Below, piece by piece: positions 1-11,271 of a stretch of DNA of 64,000 nucleotides. A model generated the notes under the pieces. It saw only the letters and a list, made by a program, of their open reading frames with translations, did no database searches and was not told where the DNA came from. A program made the translations under genes and the position numbers. The stretch is from an uncultured candidate division Zixibacteria bacterium (GTDB lineage Bacteria; Zixibacteria; MSB-5A5; GN15; FEB-12), in assembly GCA_963735035.1 (NCBI GenBank), contig CAVTJJ010000004.1, forward strand, positions 416,001 to 480,000. Direction: 5' to 3'. Each line of letters opens with the position of its first letter. The first letter of the stretch is position 1.

Positions 1-757
1 TGTCGTGGTCATGGAGTCGGTAGTGCTGGCCGAACTCGGGACCGTTATCGAAGGTGATGGTCTGTCGCCAGGCGGGCGGCAAGGGTGCCAGGAGAGTGCA
101 CATGGCCTTAGCAACCGAGGCGGCATCTTTGGCGGGTAGCTTAACCCCCATCATCAGGCGTGAGTGTCGCTCATGAAGGACGAGGACGCTCTGATCGGGT
201 TTTCGGAAGTTCATGAGATCACCTTCCCAGTGTCCTGGTGTTTTCCGGCTCTTGGCGCTCTTCGGCCGCGCGGAGATAGGGCACCGCAGGGCTATAGACG
301 ACGTCGACCGACCTCTCTTGCACCCTCGCCAGCTACGTCTGGCTCGGCCACGGATCAGTAAGTACCGCCAAGTGTAATCCTTAGTACGGGCGATCTGCGC
401 GTAGATAAACCGGTAGATCGTTTCGTAGGAAATCACCTTCCGGCCCATCTCCACGGCCAGCCTTCCCGCGACCAACTCCGGAGACAAACCATTAGCTAGT
501 CCCATCACTACCATGTCGCGCAGTTCTGGACGGCGATCCAATTTGGAGCCGGTCCAACGCCGGGCACGGCTCTGGTCGTTGGCATAGGCGGGCAGGTAAC
601 CGCTTTGTCGGCTGCGATTTCGCCTTATCTCCCGAGCAATGGTCGATGGCGCGCGATCCAGAGCTGCCGCGATTTGCCGGAGCGACCGCCCGTTGGTGTG
701 TAAGCGGGCAATCTCACACCGCTCTTCAAGATTGATCTGTGCATATCTTCGTTCCAT
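1..757 (-). mobile_element. IS30-family transposase, 3' end runs off the window
   Basis: Not in the ORF track. Manual translation from ATG 757 gives MERRYAQINLEERCEIARL...RQIAAALDRAPSTIAREIRRN (HTH)...SYETIYRFIY...PGHWEGDL...TITFDNGPEF, which are IS30 DDE motifs. Open frame to position 2. Confidence 0.93.
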
Positions 758-772
758 GACAACACCTTTAAC

Positions 773-801
773 AGGTGTTGCACTTCGTTTGTGAACTTAG
801 G
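773..801. repeat. Probable left terminal inverted repeat of the IS30 element
   Basis: GGTGTTGCACTTCGTTTGTGAACTTAG just upstream of the transposase resembles IS30-family ends. The partner IR is outside the window. Confidence 0.5.
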
Positions 802-863
802 GGGGCATCCAAGGGGGTTTTGTACTCCACCCAACGGGCGGGAAATGGAACGGGGCGCTTAGC

Positions 864-1435
864 CCCGTCATGCCCGACCTGGTCGGGCACCCATGGCTAC
901 TCGCACTTGCAAGAGTGGAAAAGTTCACTATGGGGTTTGTGGGTCGACGGGTTCCCCTCCTGTCGATGACGTTTCACTTTCCACTCCGGCAGCCCATAGA
1001 CCCCCGACGCCTCGGGGGTGACGGCCTAAAGGCCGCCGCGCTTTCTAAGAACGGGCCGCAAGACCCGTCATGCCCGACTTGGTCGGGCACCCATGGCTAC
1101 TCGCACTTGCAAGAGTGGAAAAGTTCACTATGGGGTTTGTGGGTCGACGGGTTCCCCTCCTGTCGATGACGTTTCACTTTCCACTCCGGCAGCCCATAGA
1201 CCCCCGACGCCTCGGGGGTGACGGCCTGGCGGCCGTCGCGCCTTCTAAGAACGGGCCGTAAGGCCCGTCATGCCCGGCTAGGTCGGGCACCCATGGCCAC
1301 TCGCACTTGCAAGAGTGGAAAAGTTCACTATGGGGTTTGTGGGTCGACGGGTTCCCCTCCTGTCGATGACGTTTCACTTTCCACTCCGGCAGCCCATAGA
1401 CCCCCGACGCCTCGGGGGTGACGGCCTAAAGGCCG
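864..1435 (+). repeat. Tandem array of a 200-bp composite REP (BIME-like) unit, about 2.9 copies
   Basis: CCCGTCATGCCCG recurs at 864, 1064 and 1264. Units are near-identical and each has two oppositely oriented CCGTCA-hairpin palindromes. Confidence 0.92.
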
Positions 1436-1565
1436 ATGTCGAAACCGCAGGGGTTTCGACCTACAAGGCCTCGTACAGGCATTGACACCACTGAACGCTC
1501 CGATTACATTAGGGGGGAGCATTGGGAACAGCGATTGGTAGAACGTCTGTGATCTGGTAGGGGAT

Positions 1566-2096
1566 ATGGCTATCCAATACAATCAAGCAAATTCAGATGG
1601 GCGAGATGGGGATGATTCAGAATTTCTTCGCGATCTTTCTATCTTCGTTGGCAAGAACGCAGATTACTACGAACGCAAGTGGCGCCCAATAGCCGACATG
1701 TCCAAGGCGACAAGCTGGAACTGGGCGGCCTTTCTATTCCCTTGGTTGTGGCTGACCTACCGGAAGATGTACGTAGTTGCGATCCCCTTTCTTGCTGTCG
1801 CGGTGGTTGTGGGCTGGCTCTTACCATCGTCTTCGTTTCAAATCGGGGTCGTCGGGAGTGTAGTCTGCGGTCTTCTTGGCAATTACATCTACTACCACAC
1901 ATCAATCAGGACAGTAACGAGAATTCGGCTGGCTACCGCAGATCCCGCTACGAGGAAAGCAGAGTTGACCCGTCGCGGTGGCACCAGTTGGCGGGGAGCG
2001 ATTATCATGTTGGTTATCGTACTACTGGTTTTCTGGTTTCTACCTCTGCTTCCTGACACTGCTCCTTCAGTCTCACTCCCAAATGGCGAGGCATGA
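1566..2096 (+). CDS. DUF2628-like membrane protein
   Basis: FVGKNADYYERKW...SWNWAAFLFPWLWLTYRKMY...GLLGNYIYY...RGGTS pattern, several TM segments. Confidence 0.75.
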   Translation: MAIQYNQANSDGRDGDDSEFLRDLSIFVGKNADYYERKWRPIADMSKATSWNWAAFLFPWLWLTYRKMYVVAIPFLAVAVVVGWLLPSSSFQIGVVGSVVCGLLGNYIYYHTSIRTVTRIRLATADPATRKAELTRRGGTSWRGAIIMLVIVLLVFWFLPLLPDTAPSVSLPNGEA

Positions 2097-2258
2097 GAAA
2101 CGCGGGCGTCTCTGTTAGCGGCCACCATTTTCTTCAGTCCTGACCCCTCCGCAATCCCTTGGCCGTATCCGTTTTCCTCCGTCGCCCCCCCACTTGCCCT
2201 TCGGGCCGTTATACACTACCTTCCCGCCGGCCACTTGTAACCGTAGCACTTGTACTCT

Positions 2259-4766
2259 ATGAGAAAAAGACTCGAAGAACGCTTCTTTCCGTTTGTCATC
2301 CGCCCCGGTCGGTACGCCGGCGGCGAACCGGGCCAAATCGTCAAAGACCCCACAGGGCGGTTCAAATACCTCCACGCCTACCCGGACAAATACGAGGTCG
2401 GCCAGTCGTATGTCGGCCTGCAAAGCCTCTATCATATTATCAATCAGGACGACCGCTTCCTCTGCGAACGCGTTTTCGCGGTCGATAACGACGCCGAAAC
2501 GCTCATGCGGCGCGAGTCGATCCCCCTCTTTTCGCTCGAAAGCTCCCGCGCTGCCCGCGAGTTCGACGCTATCGGCTTCACCCTGGTCGACGAAATGGTC
2601 AATACCAATTTCCTGACCATGCTCGATCTGGCCGGGATGGCGCTTCGCGCCGCCGACCGCGCCGATACCGATCCGATCATCATGGCCGGCGGGCCGGCGG
2701 TGTACAACCCGGAACCGCTCGCGCCGTTTGTCGATCTGTTTTTCATCGGTGACGCCGAAGAAGGCCTCCCGCAGATGCTCGGCATCCTGCATGATCTTCG
2801 CGGTCACACCAAAGAAGAACGACTACGTGCAATAGTCGAGCAGGTTGAATCGGTCTACGTACCCCGGTTCTATGATTCGGAGTTGCGCCCGACCGTCCCG
2901 TTCGCTCCCGAGAAAATCAAAGCGCGCACCATACCGGAACTGAAGCCGGAATATTATCCGTCGAACCCGCTCGTGCCGATGGTCGAGACGGTGCACGATC
3001 ACCTCGGAGTCGAGATCATGCGCGGCTGTCCGCAGGGGTGCAAGTTCTGTTTCGCCGGACCGATCTATCGCCCGGTTCGCACCCGCTCTATAAATGACAT
3101 CTGCCGCCAGATCGAAACCCAGTTGAGCACGACCGGATACAGCGCGATATCGCTATTAGCGCTTTCGGCCACCGACTATCCCGATCTAGAAAAGTTGGTG
3201 GCTACTCTGACACCTCGTCTTGCCCCGCAGCGGGTGTCGATCTCGCTGCCGTCGCTTCGTCCCGGAAGTGTCACGCCCAACCTGCTCAAGATCGCCAGCA
3301 CGGTACGCAAGTTCGGATTGACCATCGCGCCCGAGGCCGGCACCGAGCGACTGCGGTTGATCATTCGCAAAGATTTCCCCGATCAGGCGATAATAGACAC
3401 GGCGCGCATCGCGTTTTCGTCCGGTTGGACCGGGCTGAAACTGTACTTCATGGTTGGGTTGCCGACCGAGACCGAAGATGACCTTCGCGGGATCGCCGAT
3501 ATCTGCGGTCGGGTGCTGCAGGTCGGCCGCGAGTTCACGAACAAGGCGAGTATTACTGTTACGTTGTCGCCGTTCATTCCGAAACCGCACACACCGTTCC
3601 AGTGGGACGAAGCTCTACCGGAGCAGGAGATTTTCAACCGGATCAATTTCGTCAAGCGCCAGACCCGCTCGGGGCAGATCACGTTCCGGTTTGCGTCGAG
3701 TCACATGGCCATGGTGGCCACGCTGGTGGGGCGCTGCGGACGCGAGATGGCCGATGTTATCGAAACCGTATTCCGCAATGGGGGACGATTCGACAGTTGG
3801 GGCGAGCAATTCGATTTCGCTAAGTGGACCAAGGCGTTTGCCGAGCACAATATCGACACTGCCGCGCGCATGAAGCCGATCCCGTTCTCGCAACGACTGC
3901 CGTGGTCGCACATCGCCAAGGGACAATCTGTCGAGCACTTGATTGAAGAGCGCCAGAAAGCCTCGCTGCAACTACGGCCGTATGTGTCATTCGTGGAAGC
4001 GCCTAAGCCGGAAGAATCGAATGGCAACGAGAAGCAGGCGGCTTTCGGGCGGAACAAGAAGAAGGTTGTCTCCAAAGATCAGACGGCGCCGACCAAGAAC
4101 CGGGTGCGCGTGCGCTGGAGCAAATCGTCCCGATTCAAATACATGTCGCATCTGGAGAATTTGCACCTCATGGAGCATGCGCTCCGCCGGGCGCGTTTTC
4201 CGGTGGCCTACAGTCAGGGACACAATCCGATCATGAAACTTTCGCTCGGGCCGCCGTTGCCGCTGGGGTTTACGTCGGAGGCCGAGTATCTCGACATCAC
4301 GCTCGAAACGAATCTGATGCCGTTTATGATCGACAACCTTCGCAAGCAACTGCCGCAGGGAATCGAGATTCTCGAAGCGCGCACGTCGCTGGAAAAGAAA
4401 GCCTCGCTCAACGCCGCGCTCAACCGGGCCGAGTACACGGTATCGGCAGATTACTGGAGTGATCGGGCGCAATTGTCGGCGCGGTTGATAGAAGTAATGG
4501 CGACCCCGCATCTCGAGTGTCAACGCGGCGCCGAGGACAAGCAGAAGACGGTCGATCTACGACCCGGCATTTATGACCTGCGACTGGTGGATCAGACATT
4601 GCTGTTGGTGCTCGGTCTGGGCGAGGGGTACTATGCCAAACCGACCGAAGTGGCGACATATATCAAAGACGGACTGACGGTGCCGATAGAGGGCCTGCCG
4701 TTTCATCGGAAGGCGCTGTACCGCCTGGATGATTTCGGCACGCGGATCGACCCGATGGATTTGTAG
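2259..4766 (+). CDS. TIGR03960-type B12-binding radical SAM protein fused to a TIGR03936-type radical SAM-linked domain
   Basis: YPDKYEVGQS, CERVF, EIMRGCPQGCKFC (CxxxCxxC), TIAPEAGTERLR, PKPHTPFQW. C-terminal KYMSHLE...YSQGHNP...PLPLG. ATG 2259 preferred to TTG 2250. Confidence 0.88.
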   Translation: MRKRLEERFFPFVIRPGRYAGGEPGQIVKDPTGRFKYLHAYPDKYEVGQSYVGLQSLYHIINQDDRFLCERVFAVDNDAETLMRRESIPLFSLESSRAAREFDAIGFTLVDEMVNTNFLTMLDLAGMALRAADRADTDPIIMAGGPAVYNPEPLAPFVDLFFIGDAEEGLPQMLGILHDLRGHTKEERLRAIVEQVESVYVPRFYDSELRPTVPFAPEKIKARTIPELKPEYYPSNPLVPMVETVHDHLGVEIMRGCPQGCKFCFAGPIYRPVRTRSINDICRQIETQLSTTGYSAISLLALSATDYPDLEKLVATLTPRLAPQRVSISLPSLRPGSVTPNLLKIASTVRKFGLTIAPEAGTERLRLIIRKDFPDQAIIDTARIAFSSGWTGLKLYFMVGLPTETEDDLRGIADICGRVLQVGREFTNKASITVTLSPFIPKPHTPFQWDEALPEQEIFNRINFVKRQTRSGQITFRFASSHMAMVATLVGRCGREMADVIETVFRNGGRFDSWGEQFDFAKWTKAFAEHNIDTAARMKPIPFSQRLPWSHIAKGQSVEHLIEERQKASLQLRPYVSFVEAPKPEESNGNEKQAAFGRNKKKVVSKDQTAPTKNRVRVRWSKSSRFKYMSHLENLHLMEHALRRARFPVAYSQGHNPIMKLSLGPPLPLGFTSEAEYLDITLETNLMPFMIDNLRKQLPQGIEILEARTSLEKKASLNAALNRAEYTVSADYWSDRAQLSARLIEVMATPHLECQRGAEDKQKTVDLRPGIYDLRLVDQTLLLVLGLGEGYYAKPTEVATYIKDGLTVPIEGLPFHRKALYRLDDFGTRIDPMDL

Positions 4767-4798
4767 AATGATTGCTCAGAGTAACCGACTCAGATGGT

Positions 4799-5018
4799 TG
4801 TGTCAGGTCCTGCCCGCCGAAGGCGGGTGTGACCTGACACGTTCTGGCGCTGAGAGAAGCGTCAGGTCACACCTCGCTCGACTTCGTCGAACTCGGCAGG
4901 ACCTGACGCAACCGTGCGAGCATGCGGGCTCTGATGCAACTGAGCATTTGTGGTTGGCGGACGTCCTCGTCCGCCAACGCTTGGCGAGTTGGCGCACCGG
5001 GAGGTACGCCAACCACGA
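4799..5018. repeat. Cluster of REP-like palindromes
   Basis: TGTCAGGTC...GACCTGACA pair plus GGTTGGCGGACGTCCTCGTCCGCCAAC and TTGGCG...CGCCAACCACG motifs also seen at about 18930-19035. Confidence 0.7.
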
Positions 5019-5033
5019 ATAGATTGATTTGAT

Positions 5034-6404
5034 ATGGTAGACACCGAGAGAAAAGCATTTGGCGGGCAACCGTACGATCCGGTTCGCGCGGCGGCGGTAG
5101 AAGCGATTGCGCTGGTCGAGAACGAACAATCCGGCGACGCCGCCCTGCACAAAGTGCAGGAGGGGCGATCGTTCAAATCGCTCGACATCCGTTTCATGAC
5201 GCAACTGGTCAACGGCACGGTCAAGATGAAACGGCGGCTGGATCACGAGATCAAGTTCTTCCTCTCGCGACCGTCGGTGCCTCTCAACCCGGTGCTTGCG
5301 AATATCCTTCGCATAGGATTCTATCAGCTTCTGTACATGGATCGAGTACCGGCGGCGGCCGCGGTTTCGGAGTCGGTCAATCTGGCGCGGAAATTCACCG
5401 ATGCCGCCCAGGCGAAACTGGTCAACGCGGTTATGCGTGCCCGCTTGCGCGATCCCGACAAAGTGCATTTCGCTGACAAAGAAGAGGATCCCGAAAAGTA
5501 CCTCGGTGACTACTACAGCTACCCTGATTATTTCGTTAAGTACTGTCTGGAAGAATTCGGCCTGCAGCGCGCCGAGCGCCTGCTGGCCGCGTACAATAAG
5601 CCTCCGACTGTCACCTATCGCGTCAATTATCTCAAAGCAAAACCGGACGCAGTCGCCGCGATCCTCAAAGAGCACGAGATATCGTTCAAAGTCGGAGCCT
5701 ATCTTCCGGAGTTCCTGCAGCTACAATCAGCGGGTTTGCCTTTGGAGAAAGAACTGATTCAGACGGGCATGGTGTTTGTGCAGGATGAATCGTCCGGCCT
5801 TCCGGTTCGGCTACTCAATCCGAAACCGGGTTCCACTGTGGCCGATCTCACTGCGGCGCCGGGCGGCAAGGCGACCTATGCAGCGGTAAGGATGCGCAAC
5901 AAGGGGATGGTGACTGCGATTGACAAATCCCGTCAACGTCTTGAGACGGTTGTCGAGAATGCCAAGCGACTGGGTGTGAAAATCATCTCACCGGTTCTTT
6001 GCGACATGACCGAATTTCATGGCGGTCCGTACGACCGGGTGCTGCTCGACCCGCCCTGCTCGGGCTGGGGGACGGCCCGCAAGCATGCCGATTTGCGTTG
6101 GTCCAAAGGTGTGAATGATATCGCCAGCCTGGCGAAGATTCAGGCGAAGATGATCGATCGGGCGTCACGGCTGGTCAAGCCGGGCGGGCTACTGGTCTAT
6201 TCCACCTGTACCATCATTCGGGCCGAGAATGATCAGATTGTCGAAGATTTTCTGTTACGCAACGACGCGTTTGAAATCGATTCGGCTACCCCGATGTTGC
6301 CTCAGGAACTGGTCAGCGAGCGCGGTTTTGTGAAGACTTATCCCGAATTCGACGATCTTGACGGTTCCTTCTGCGCCCGCCTGAAGCGCAAATTGAACAC
6401 GTGA
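5034..6404 (+). CDS. rsmB: 16S rRNA (cytosine967-C5)-methyltransferase RsmB/Sun
   Basis: N-terminal NusB-like domain, VQDESS, AAPGGKA, LLDPPCSGWG, LVYSTCT...EN. Confidence 0.92.
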   Translation: MVDTERKAFGGQPYDPVRAAAVEAIALVENEQSGDAALHKVQEGRSFKSLDIRFMTQLVNGTVKMKRRLDHEIKFFLSRPSVPLNPVLANILRIGFYQLLYMDRVPAAAAVSESVNLARKFTDAAQAKLVNAVMRARLRDPDKVHFADKEEDPEKYLGDYYSYPDYFVKYCLEEFGLQRAERLLAAYNKPPTVTYRVNYLKAKPDAVAAILKEHEISFKVGAYLPEFLQLQSAGLPLEKELIQTGMVFVQDESSGLPVRLLNPKPGSTVADLTAAPGGKATYAAVRMRNKGMVTAIDKSRQRLETVVENAKRLGVKIISPVLCDMTEFHGGPYDRVLLDPPCSGWGTARKHADLRWSKGVNDIASLAKIQAKMIDRASRLVKPGGLLVYSTCTIIRAENDQIVEDFLLRNDAFEIDSATPMLPQELVSERGFVKTYPEFDDLDGSFCARLKRKLNT

Positions 6405-6439
6405 TTTGAGATCTAACCCTCGTACTATCGGCGGAAGTT

Positions 6440-6775
6440 TCAAGTGCCCGGTGCGCCGTGGTAAGCCCACACAAGTGCCCGGCAGATGCCCACATCTGCC
6501 GGCTCGTCTTGCTACTGTTGGATGGAGATTGCCACGTCATAAATGTCATGGAGAATCTTCCTTTGCAGATCAATGGTGTCCCCTCCGGGTAGCGGCTCAA
6601 ATTCTGCCAACGCGAGTGGCCATGGGTGCCCGACCAAGTCGGGCATGACGGAGCTGGGCGCCCCATTCAAGAAATCCAATTCGACGTGGGCCCATATACC
6701 AGAATCCCCCCCGAAAAACCTACCCCAAATAAAAACCCAGGTGGGCGGTAAACCTACCTGGGTGGACGATATTAG
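6440..6775. repeat. Intergenic REP cluster including a solo copy of the 200-bp unit's palindrome
   Basis: GCGAGTGGCCATGGGTGCCCGACCAAGTCGGGCATGACGG at about 6612-6651, plus GTGCCCGGCAGATGCCCACATCTGCCGG and ACCCAGGTGGGCGGTAAACCTACCTGGGT. Confidence 0.75.
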
Positions 6776-6969
6776 GTAATCCACAGAAAGAGTAACACTT
6801 TCCGATTGCAATACGAAAATAGCCGGTCTGCTGGATTTTGTCAAGGGAAAAAATGCAAATTTTCGGGGGGCTACCGCCCCGCCGAATGAGCCAAATGCCG
6901 CTACCAGAGCGGTTTTTCGCCCCGGCAGCGGCTACACAGGAAAAGAAGTTCAGCTTAACTTGTTATGTT

Positions 6970-9900
6970 TTAGGAACATCCGGACGTGGCGCCACAGGTG
7001 ACGCATTTCAGGCAGGTCCCGTTCCGAACCATCGTAAACTGCCCGCATTCGCCGCACATATCTCCTTCATACCCGCTCATCCGCGCGGTTTGAATTCTCT
7101 CGCGGATACGGTTGACGGGCGCAGTCCCTCCGGCACTTTCTGCCGTGGCGACAAGCTCAAGCACCGCTTGCGGTTTTGGAGATGTTTTTGCAGCCGAAGC
7201 CTCCATCTGCTTACCATCGGTCAATCCTCCATGATTACCGTTACCCCCTCCGCCGTTCCCGCCGTTGCCGCCGTTGCCGGCCTGCGGGTCGAAGCGAAGA
7301 TGGGAGCTGTATAGGTCATCACTGACACGATTGCCACGCGTCAATTGCCCCGTTATCTGGGCCGTGGCTTCTTCTTCATCCTCAAATTCAATAGACTCAT
7401 CCCGCGGTGACCCCATCGTATCGCTGCGCAAATCCTCTTCGTGGATATGCGCCAGATCGTTACGACCAAGGTAGCTGATCGCCAGCTCGCGGAAGATGTA
7501 GTCAATGATCGAAGTCGACATCTTGATGGATTTGTTGCCGCTGACAATCCCGCTCGGCTCGAAACGGCTGAACAGGAAGGCTTCGACAAACTCTTCGAGC
7601 GGTACGCCGTGCTGCAGGCCCAGCGAAATCGCAATCGCGAAGCAGTTCATCAATGAACGGAACGCGGCACCCTCACGATGCATATCGAGGAAGATTTCGC
7701 CGAGGGTGCCGTCAGAATATTCGCCGGTGCGAAGGTATATCTTGTGTCCGGCCACGACCGCTTTTTGAGTATAGCCGGCACGGCGGTATGGCAGGCGACG
7801 GCGCTTGGCAAGGTAGCGATAGACCAGACGCTCGGTCATCTTCTCAGAGACCTGCTGAACCGATATCGTTTCGCCAGGAGCGGACTCGTCGAAGAAGGTC
7901 GTACTGAGCGGCTGGCTGAGCTTGGAGCCGTCGCGGTACAACGCGACCGCTTTGTTCATGCCTTCCCAGGCCATCAGGTAGGCGTTCTTGACATCCTCGA
8001 TGGTTGCCTCGGATGGCATGTTGATCGTTTTCGAAATGGCCCCAGAAATGAACGGCTGCGCGGCGGCCATCATCTGTATGTGCGCTTGATAACTGATGAA
8101 ACGCTGGCCGCGACGGCCACACCGGTTGGCGCAATCGAATATCGGCAGGTGCGTCTCTTTGAGTCCGGGAGCGCCTTCAAGCGTCATCGTGCCACAACAG
8201 TATTCATTGGCGGCCAGGATCTGATCGCAGGTAAACCCGAGTTCCTTCAGGAGGTTGAAGTCCCAGGCGTCCATGGACTCGTTCGAGAAGCCGAGCGTTT
8301 CGTGGAGGAAATCTTCGCCGAGCACATGCTTGTTGAACGCGAACGTAATGTCGAAACAGCTCTCAAGCCCGCGCTCAACCTTCTGCAGCTCCTCGTCGCC
8401 GAATCCCTTCGCCTTAAGCGACTCATGATTGACAAACGGTGCATCCTTGAGCGTCTTCTGCCCGGTGGCATAAGTGACGATCTTGCGGATATCGTCTTCG
8501 CCGTAGTCGAGATGTCGCAGGGCGGCCGGAATGGACTGGTTGATTATCTTGAAATAGCCGCCGCCGGCCAGCTTCTTGAACTTCACCAGTGCGAAATCGG
8601 GTTCGATTCCGGTCGTGTCGCAATCCATGAGCAGGCCAATCGTGCCGGTCGGGGCAATCACGCTCGTCTGAGCGTTGCGGTAACCGTGCACTTCGCCCAT
8701 CTCGAGCGCCTTATCCCACACTTGACGGGCGACCGCGGTGACGTCTTCAGGCAGATAGTTCGGGTTGATCCCGTGAGGCTTGATGGTCAGGCCTTCGTAT
8801 TCGGAACGGTCGGCGTTGAAGGCGGCGCGACGATGGTTGCGAATCACCCGCAGCATGTGGCCCCGGTTGTGGTAGAAGCCGGGGAATGGGCCCAGTTGGC
8901 GGGCCATCTCGGCAGAGGTCACATACGACTCACCAGTCAGGATCGATGAGAGAGCACCGCACCAGGCGTAACCACGCGCGGAATCATACGGGATACCGAG
9001 CTGCATCAGCACGGTGCCAAGGTTGGCGTAGCCCAATCCCAGAGTGCGGAATTCGTAACTCTTGCGAGCGATCTCGCGCGACGGGAACGAAGCCATCAAG
9101 ACCGAAATTTCGAGCACGATCGTCCAGAGACGAATGGCATGACGATATCCTTCGAGATTGAACTGGCCGTTTTCGTCGAGGAACTTGACGAGGTTAATTG
9201 ACGCCAGGTTGCACGCGGTGTCGTCGAGGAACATGTACTCGGAACAGGGATTCGAGGCGTTGATGCGGCCATCCTCGGGGCAGGTGTGCCATTCGTTGAT
9301 GGTCGTATCGAACTGGACACCGGGATCGGCGCACGACCAGGCGGCGAAACAGACCTTTTCCCACAGTTCTGAGGCCGGGATGGAGTCGATGATCTTGCTG
9401 GAGGTTCGGGACTTGAGCGGCCAGTCTTCACGGGCGCGCAAGCGCTCGAAGAACATATTAGGTATGCGGACCGAGTTGTTCGAGTTCTGTCCGGCGACCG
9501 TCAGATAAGCTTCGCTGTCCCAGTTGGTATCGAGATCCACGAAGTCGATTTCGGACACGCCTTGTTTGGCGAGCTCCAGAACCTTCTTTATATAAGCGGC
9601 CGGGACAGCGTACTGCCGGGCCTGTTTCATCGCGATACGAAGCGCGGCGTTCTTGGTCGGATCGGTTTCGATCTTCGGCTCACCGCTGTCGCCGCCTGTG
9701 ACGGTGGACGAGAAGATGTTCTTTAGCTGCTGCTGGATGATCTTCGATCCGGCCACCAGCGCCGCAACTTTCTGTTCCTCGACTACCTTCCAGTTGACGA
9801 ACGCCAGAATATCGGGATGATCCAGATCGAGACAAACCATCTTGGCGGCGCGACGAGTGGTGCCGCCCGACTTGATAGCGCCGGCGGCGCGGTCACCGAT

Positions 9901-10629
9901 GCGCAGGAAAGACATCAACCCGGATGATTTCCCGCCGCCTGACAGTGGTTCGTTGACGCCGCGCAGGTTCGAGAAGTTGCTGCCGGTGCCGGAACCGTAC
10001 TTGAACAGACGGGCCTCGCGCACCCAGAGATCCATTATGCCGCCCTCGTTGACGAGGTCGTCCTGGACCGACTGAATGAAACAGGCATGCGGCTGCGGAC
10101 GTTCGTAGGCGTTCTTGGTCTCGGAGATGATATGCGTTTCGGGATCGACATAGTAGTGACCCTGCGGCTTTCCGGTGATGCCGTAGGTTTCGTAAAGGCC
10201 CGTGTTGAACCATTGCGGCGAATTGGGAGCGGCCACCTGGTCGGCGAGCATGTAGGCCATCTCGTCGTAGAACGTACGGGCGTCGTCCGGCGTATCGAAA
10301 TAGCCATGACGCTCACCCCATTTGCGCCAGCAGTCAGCGAGACGGTGGAACACCTGGCGCGAATCACTCTCGCCGCCGAGTTGTTGCTTGCCGTCTTCAT
10401 CGTAGACCGGATTGCCGTGCTGATCGACCTGCGGTACCCCGGCCTTACGGAAATACTTCTGCGCTAGAATGTCCACGGCCACCGGCGACCAGGTATCAGG
10501 CACCTGAATGTCGTCCTGTTTGAATACGATTGTGCCGTCCGGATTCTTAATCTCCGAAGAGCGACTCACGAAATTGATCCGTGAATACGGAGACTCGCCT
10601 TCGCGCGTGAAATACCGCTGGACTTTCAA
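6970..10629 (-). CDS. nrdJ: Vitamin B12-dependent (class II) ribonucleotide reductase
   Basis: [54 protein letters not shown]-terminal TSCPD region and CxxC...CxxC zinc ribbon. TTG start with AGGAGG RBS. Confidence 0.96.
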   Translation of the reverse strand: MKVQRYFTREGESPYSRINFVSRSSEIKNPDGTIVFKQDDIQVPDTWSPVAVDILAQKYFRKAGVPQVDQHGNPVYDEDGKQQLGGESDSRQVFHRLADCWRKWGERHGYFDTPDDARTFYDEMAYMLADQVAAPNSPQWFNTGLYETYGITGKPQGHYYVDPETHIISETKNAYERPQPHACFIQSVQDDLVNEGGIMDLWVREARLFKYGSGTGSNFSNLRGVNEPLSGGGKSSGLMSFLRIGDRAAGAIKSGGTTRRAAKMVCLDLDHPDILAFVNWKVVEEQKVAALVAGSKIIQQQLKNIFSSTVTGGDSGEPKIETDPTKNAALRIAMKQARQYAVPAAYIKKVLELAKQGVSEIDFVDLDTNWDSEAYLTVAGQNSNNSVRIPNMFFERLRAREDWPLKSRTSSKIIDSIPASELWEKVCFAAWSCADPGVQFDTTINEWHTCPEDGRINASNPCSEYMFLDDTACNLASINLVKFLDENGQFNLEGYRHAIRLWTIVLEISVLMASFPSREIARKSYEFRTLGLGYANLGTVLMQLGIPYDSARGYAWCGALSSILTGESYVTSAEMARQLGPFPGFYHNRGHMLRVIRNHRRAAFNADRSEYEGLTIKPHGINPNYLPEDVTAVARQVWDKALEMGEVHGYRNAQTSVIAPTGTIGLLMDCDTTGIEPDFALVKFKKLAGGGYFKIINQSIPAALRHLDYGEDDIRKIVTYATGQKTLKDAPFVNHESLKAKGFGDEELQKVERGLESCFDITFAFNKHVLGEDFLHETLGFSNESMDAWDFNLLKELGFTCDQILAANEYCCGTMTLEGAPGLKETHLPIFDCANRCGRRGQRFISYQAHIQMMAAAQPFISGAISKTINMPSEATIEDVKNAYLMAWEGMNKAVALYRDGSKLSQPLSTTFFDESAPGETISVQQVSEKMTERLVYRYLAKRRRLPYRRAGYTQKAVVAGHKIYLRTGEYSDGTLGEIFLDMHREGAAFRSLMNCFAIAISLGLQHGVPLEEFVEAFLFSRFEPSGIVSGNKSIKMSTSIIDYIFRELAISYLGRNDLAHIHEEDLRSDTMGSPRDESIEFEDEEEATAQITGQLTRGNRVSDDLYSSHLRFDPQAGNGGNGGNGGGGNGNHGGLTDGKQMEASAAKTSPKPQAVLELVATAESAGGTAPVNRIRERIQTARMSGYEGDMCGECGQFTMVRNGTCLKCVTCGATSGCS

Positions 10630-10766
10630 GAAGTACCTCCTGTACTATGATATATCCGTTCCGACTTGGACGGCTGAAGCCCTGAAACTTCCGTTCGTCC
10701 TCTGTCCCAACCAAAAGGACCTTGGTGCCAAATTCAGGGCGACCTTCATCTCAACCGACCAAGAGG

Positions 10767-10813
10767 GCACAATATGTTGTGGTTGGAGTTGTCACTACCA
10801 CCAAAAATTGTGT
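10767..10813. promoter_or_regulatory. Tandem NrdR boxes
   Basis: GCACAATATGTTGTGG (10767-10782) and CCACCAAAAATTGTGT (10798-10813) fit the acaCwAtATaTwGtgt consensus, are 31 bp apart, and lie upstream of nrdJ. Confidence 0.8.
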
Positions 10814-11216
10814 TTTTTCGAAATATTTCTTTATTTCTTTGATTAGCAATACCATATGAAAAAAGGAAGGGTTTGCGGTGACATACACCACGGGGTAGAG
10901 TCTGCGGATTGAATTTCCTCGCATAGATAATCTATTGATACTAAGCGAGTTAGTCACGTCGGTTTCGTCAGCCAATATCTGGCAGAGAGGTGTTCGCAAA
11001 CTACAAATCGATAACCGCATGCAGGATAGCGTGTTATAGCAATGCCTACATTGGAGTCACAACTTGTCAACAGGTTGTGCACTCAAATTGGGGATTGCCG
11101 AGCGACCATTCGATGGATTAGTTTGGTCTGATAAGACTAGTTGGTATAGTTCAAAGCGTGTTTTTTGACATCCATTTGAGGAATCCGGACGTACTAAACG
11201 TGACCGAACTTGATGG

Positions 11217-11232
11217 TTTGGTCTAACCAATT
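11217..11232. promoter_or_regulatory. Possible GntR/FadR-family operator
   Basis: Palindrome TTGGT-CTA-ACCAA in an AT-rich region upstream of the 11272 gene. Confidence 0.3.
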
Positions 11233-11271
11233 GTAATAAGTCCACGTTCGTTTCCTCACTTTTTTGGAGAG

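Noticed and set aside
775..1421. Repeated short ORFs (MPDLVGHPWLLALAR...)
   Set aside because: By-products of the 200-bp repeat. The period is not a multiple of 3, so no frame is maintained.
864..1435. 200-bp array as a CRISPR-like array
   Set aside because: Interiors are the same between units, so there are no unique spacers.
7678..8949. 423-aa antisense ORF within nrdJ and similar shadow ORFs
   Set aside because: Typical high-GC antisense frames opposite well-supported genes, with no motifs.
6970..10629. Intein or intron in nrdJ
   Set aside because: No splice-junction or homing endonuclease motifs seen. The length fits long-form NrdJ with a Gly/Asn linker.
10630..11271. Cobalamin riboswitch or ncRNA upstream of nrdJ
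   Set aside because: No convincing B12-box found. The NrdR boxes account for the visible regulatory signal.
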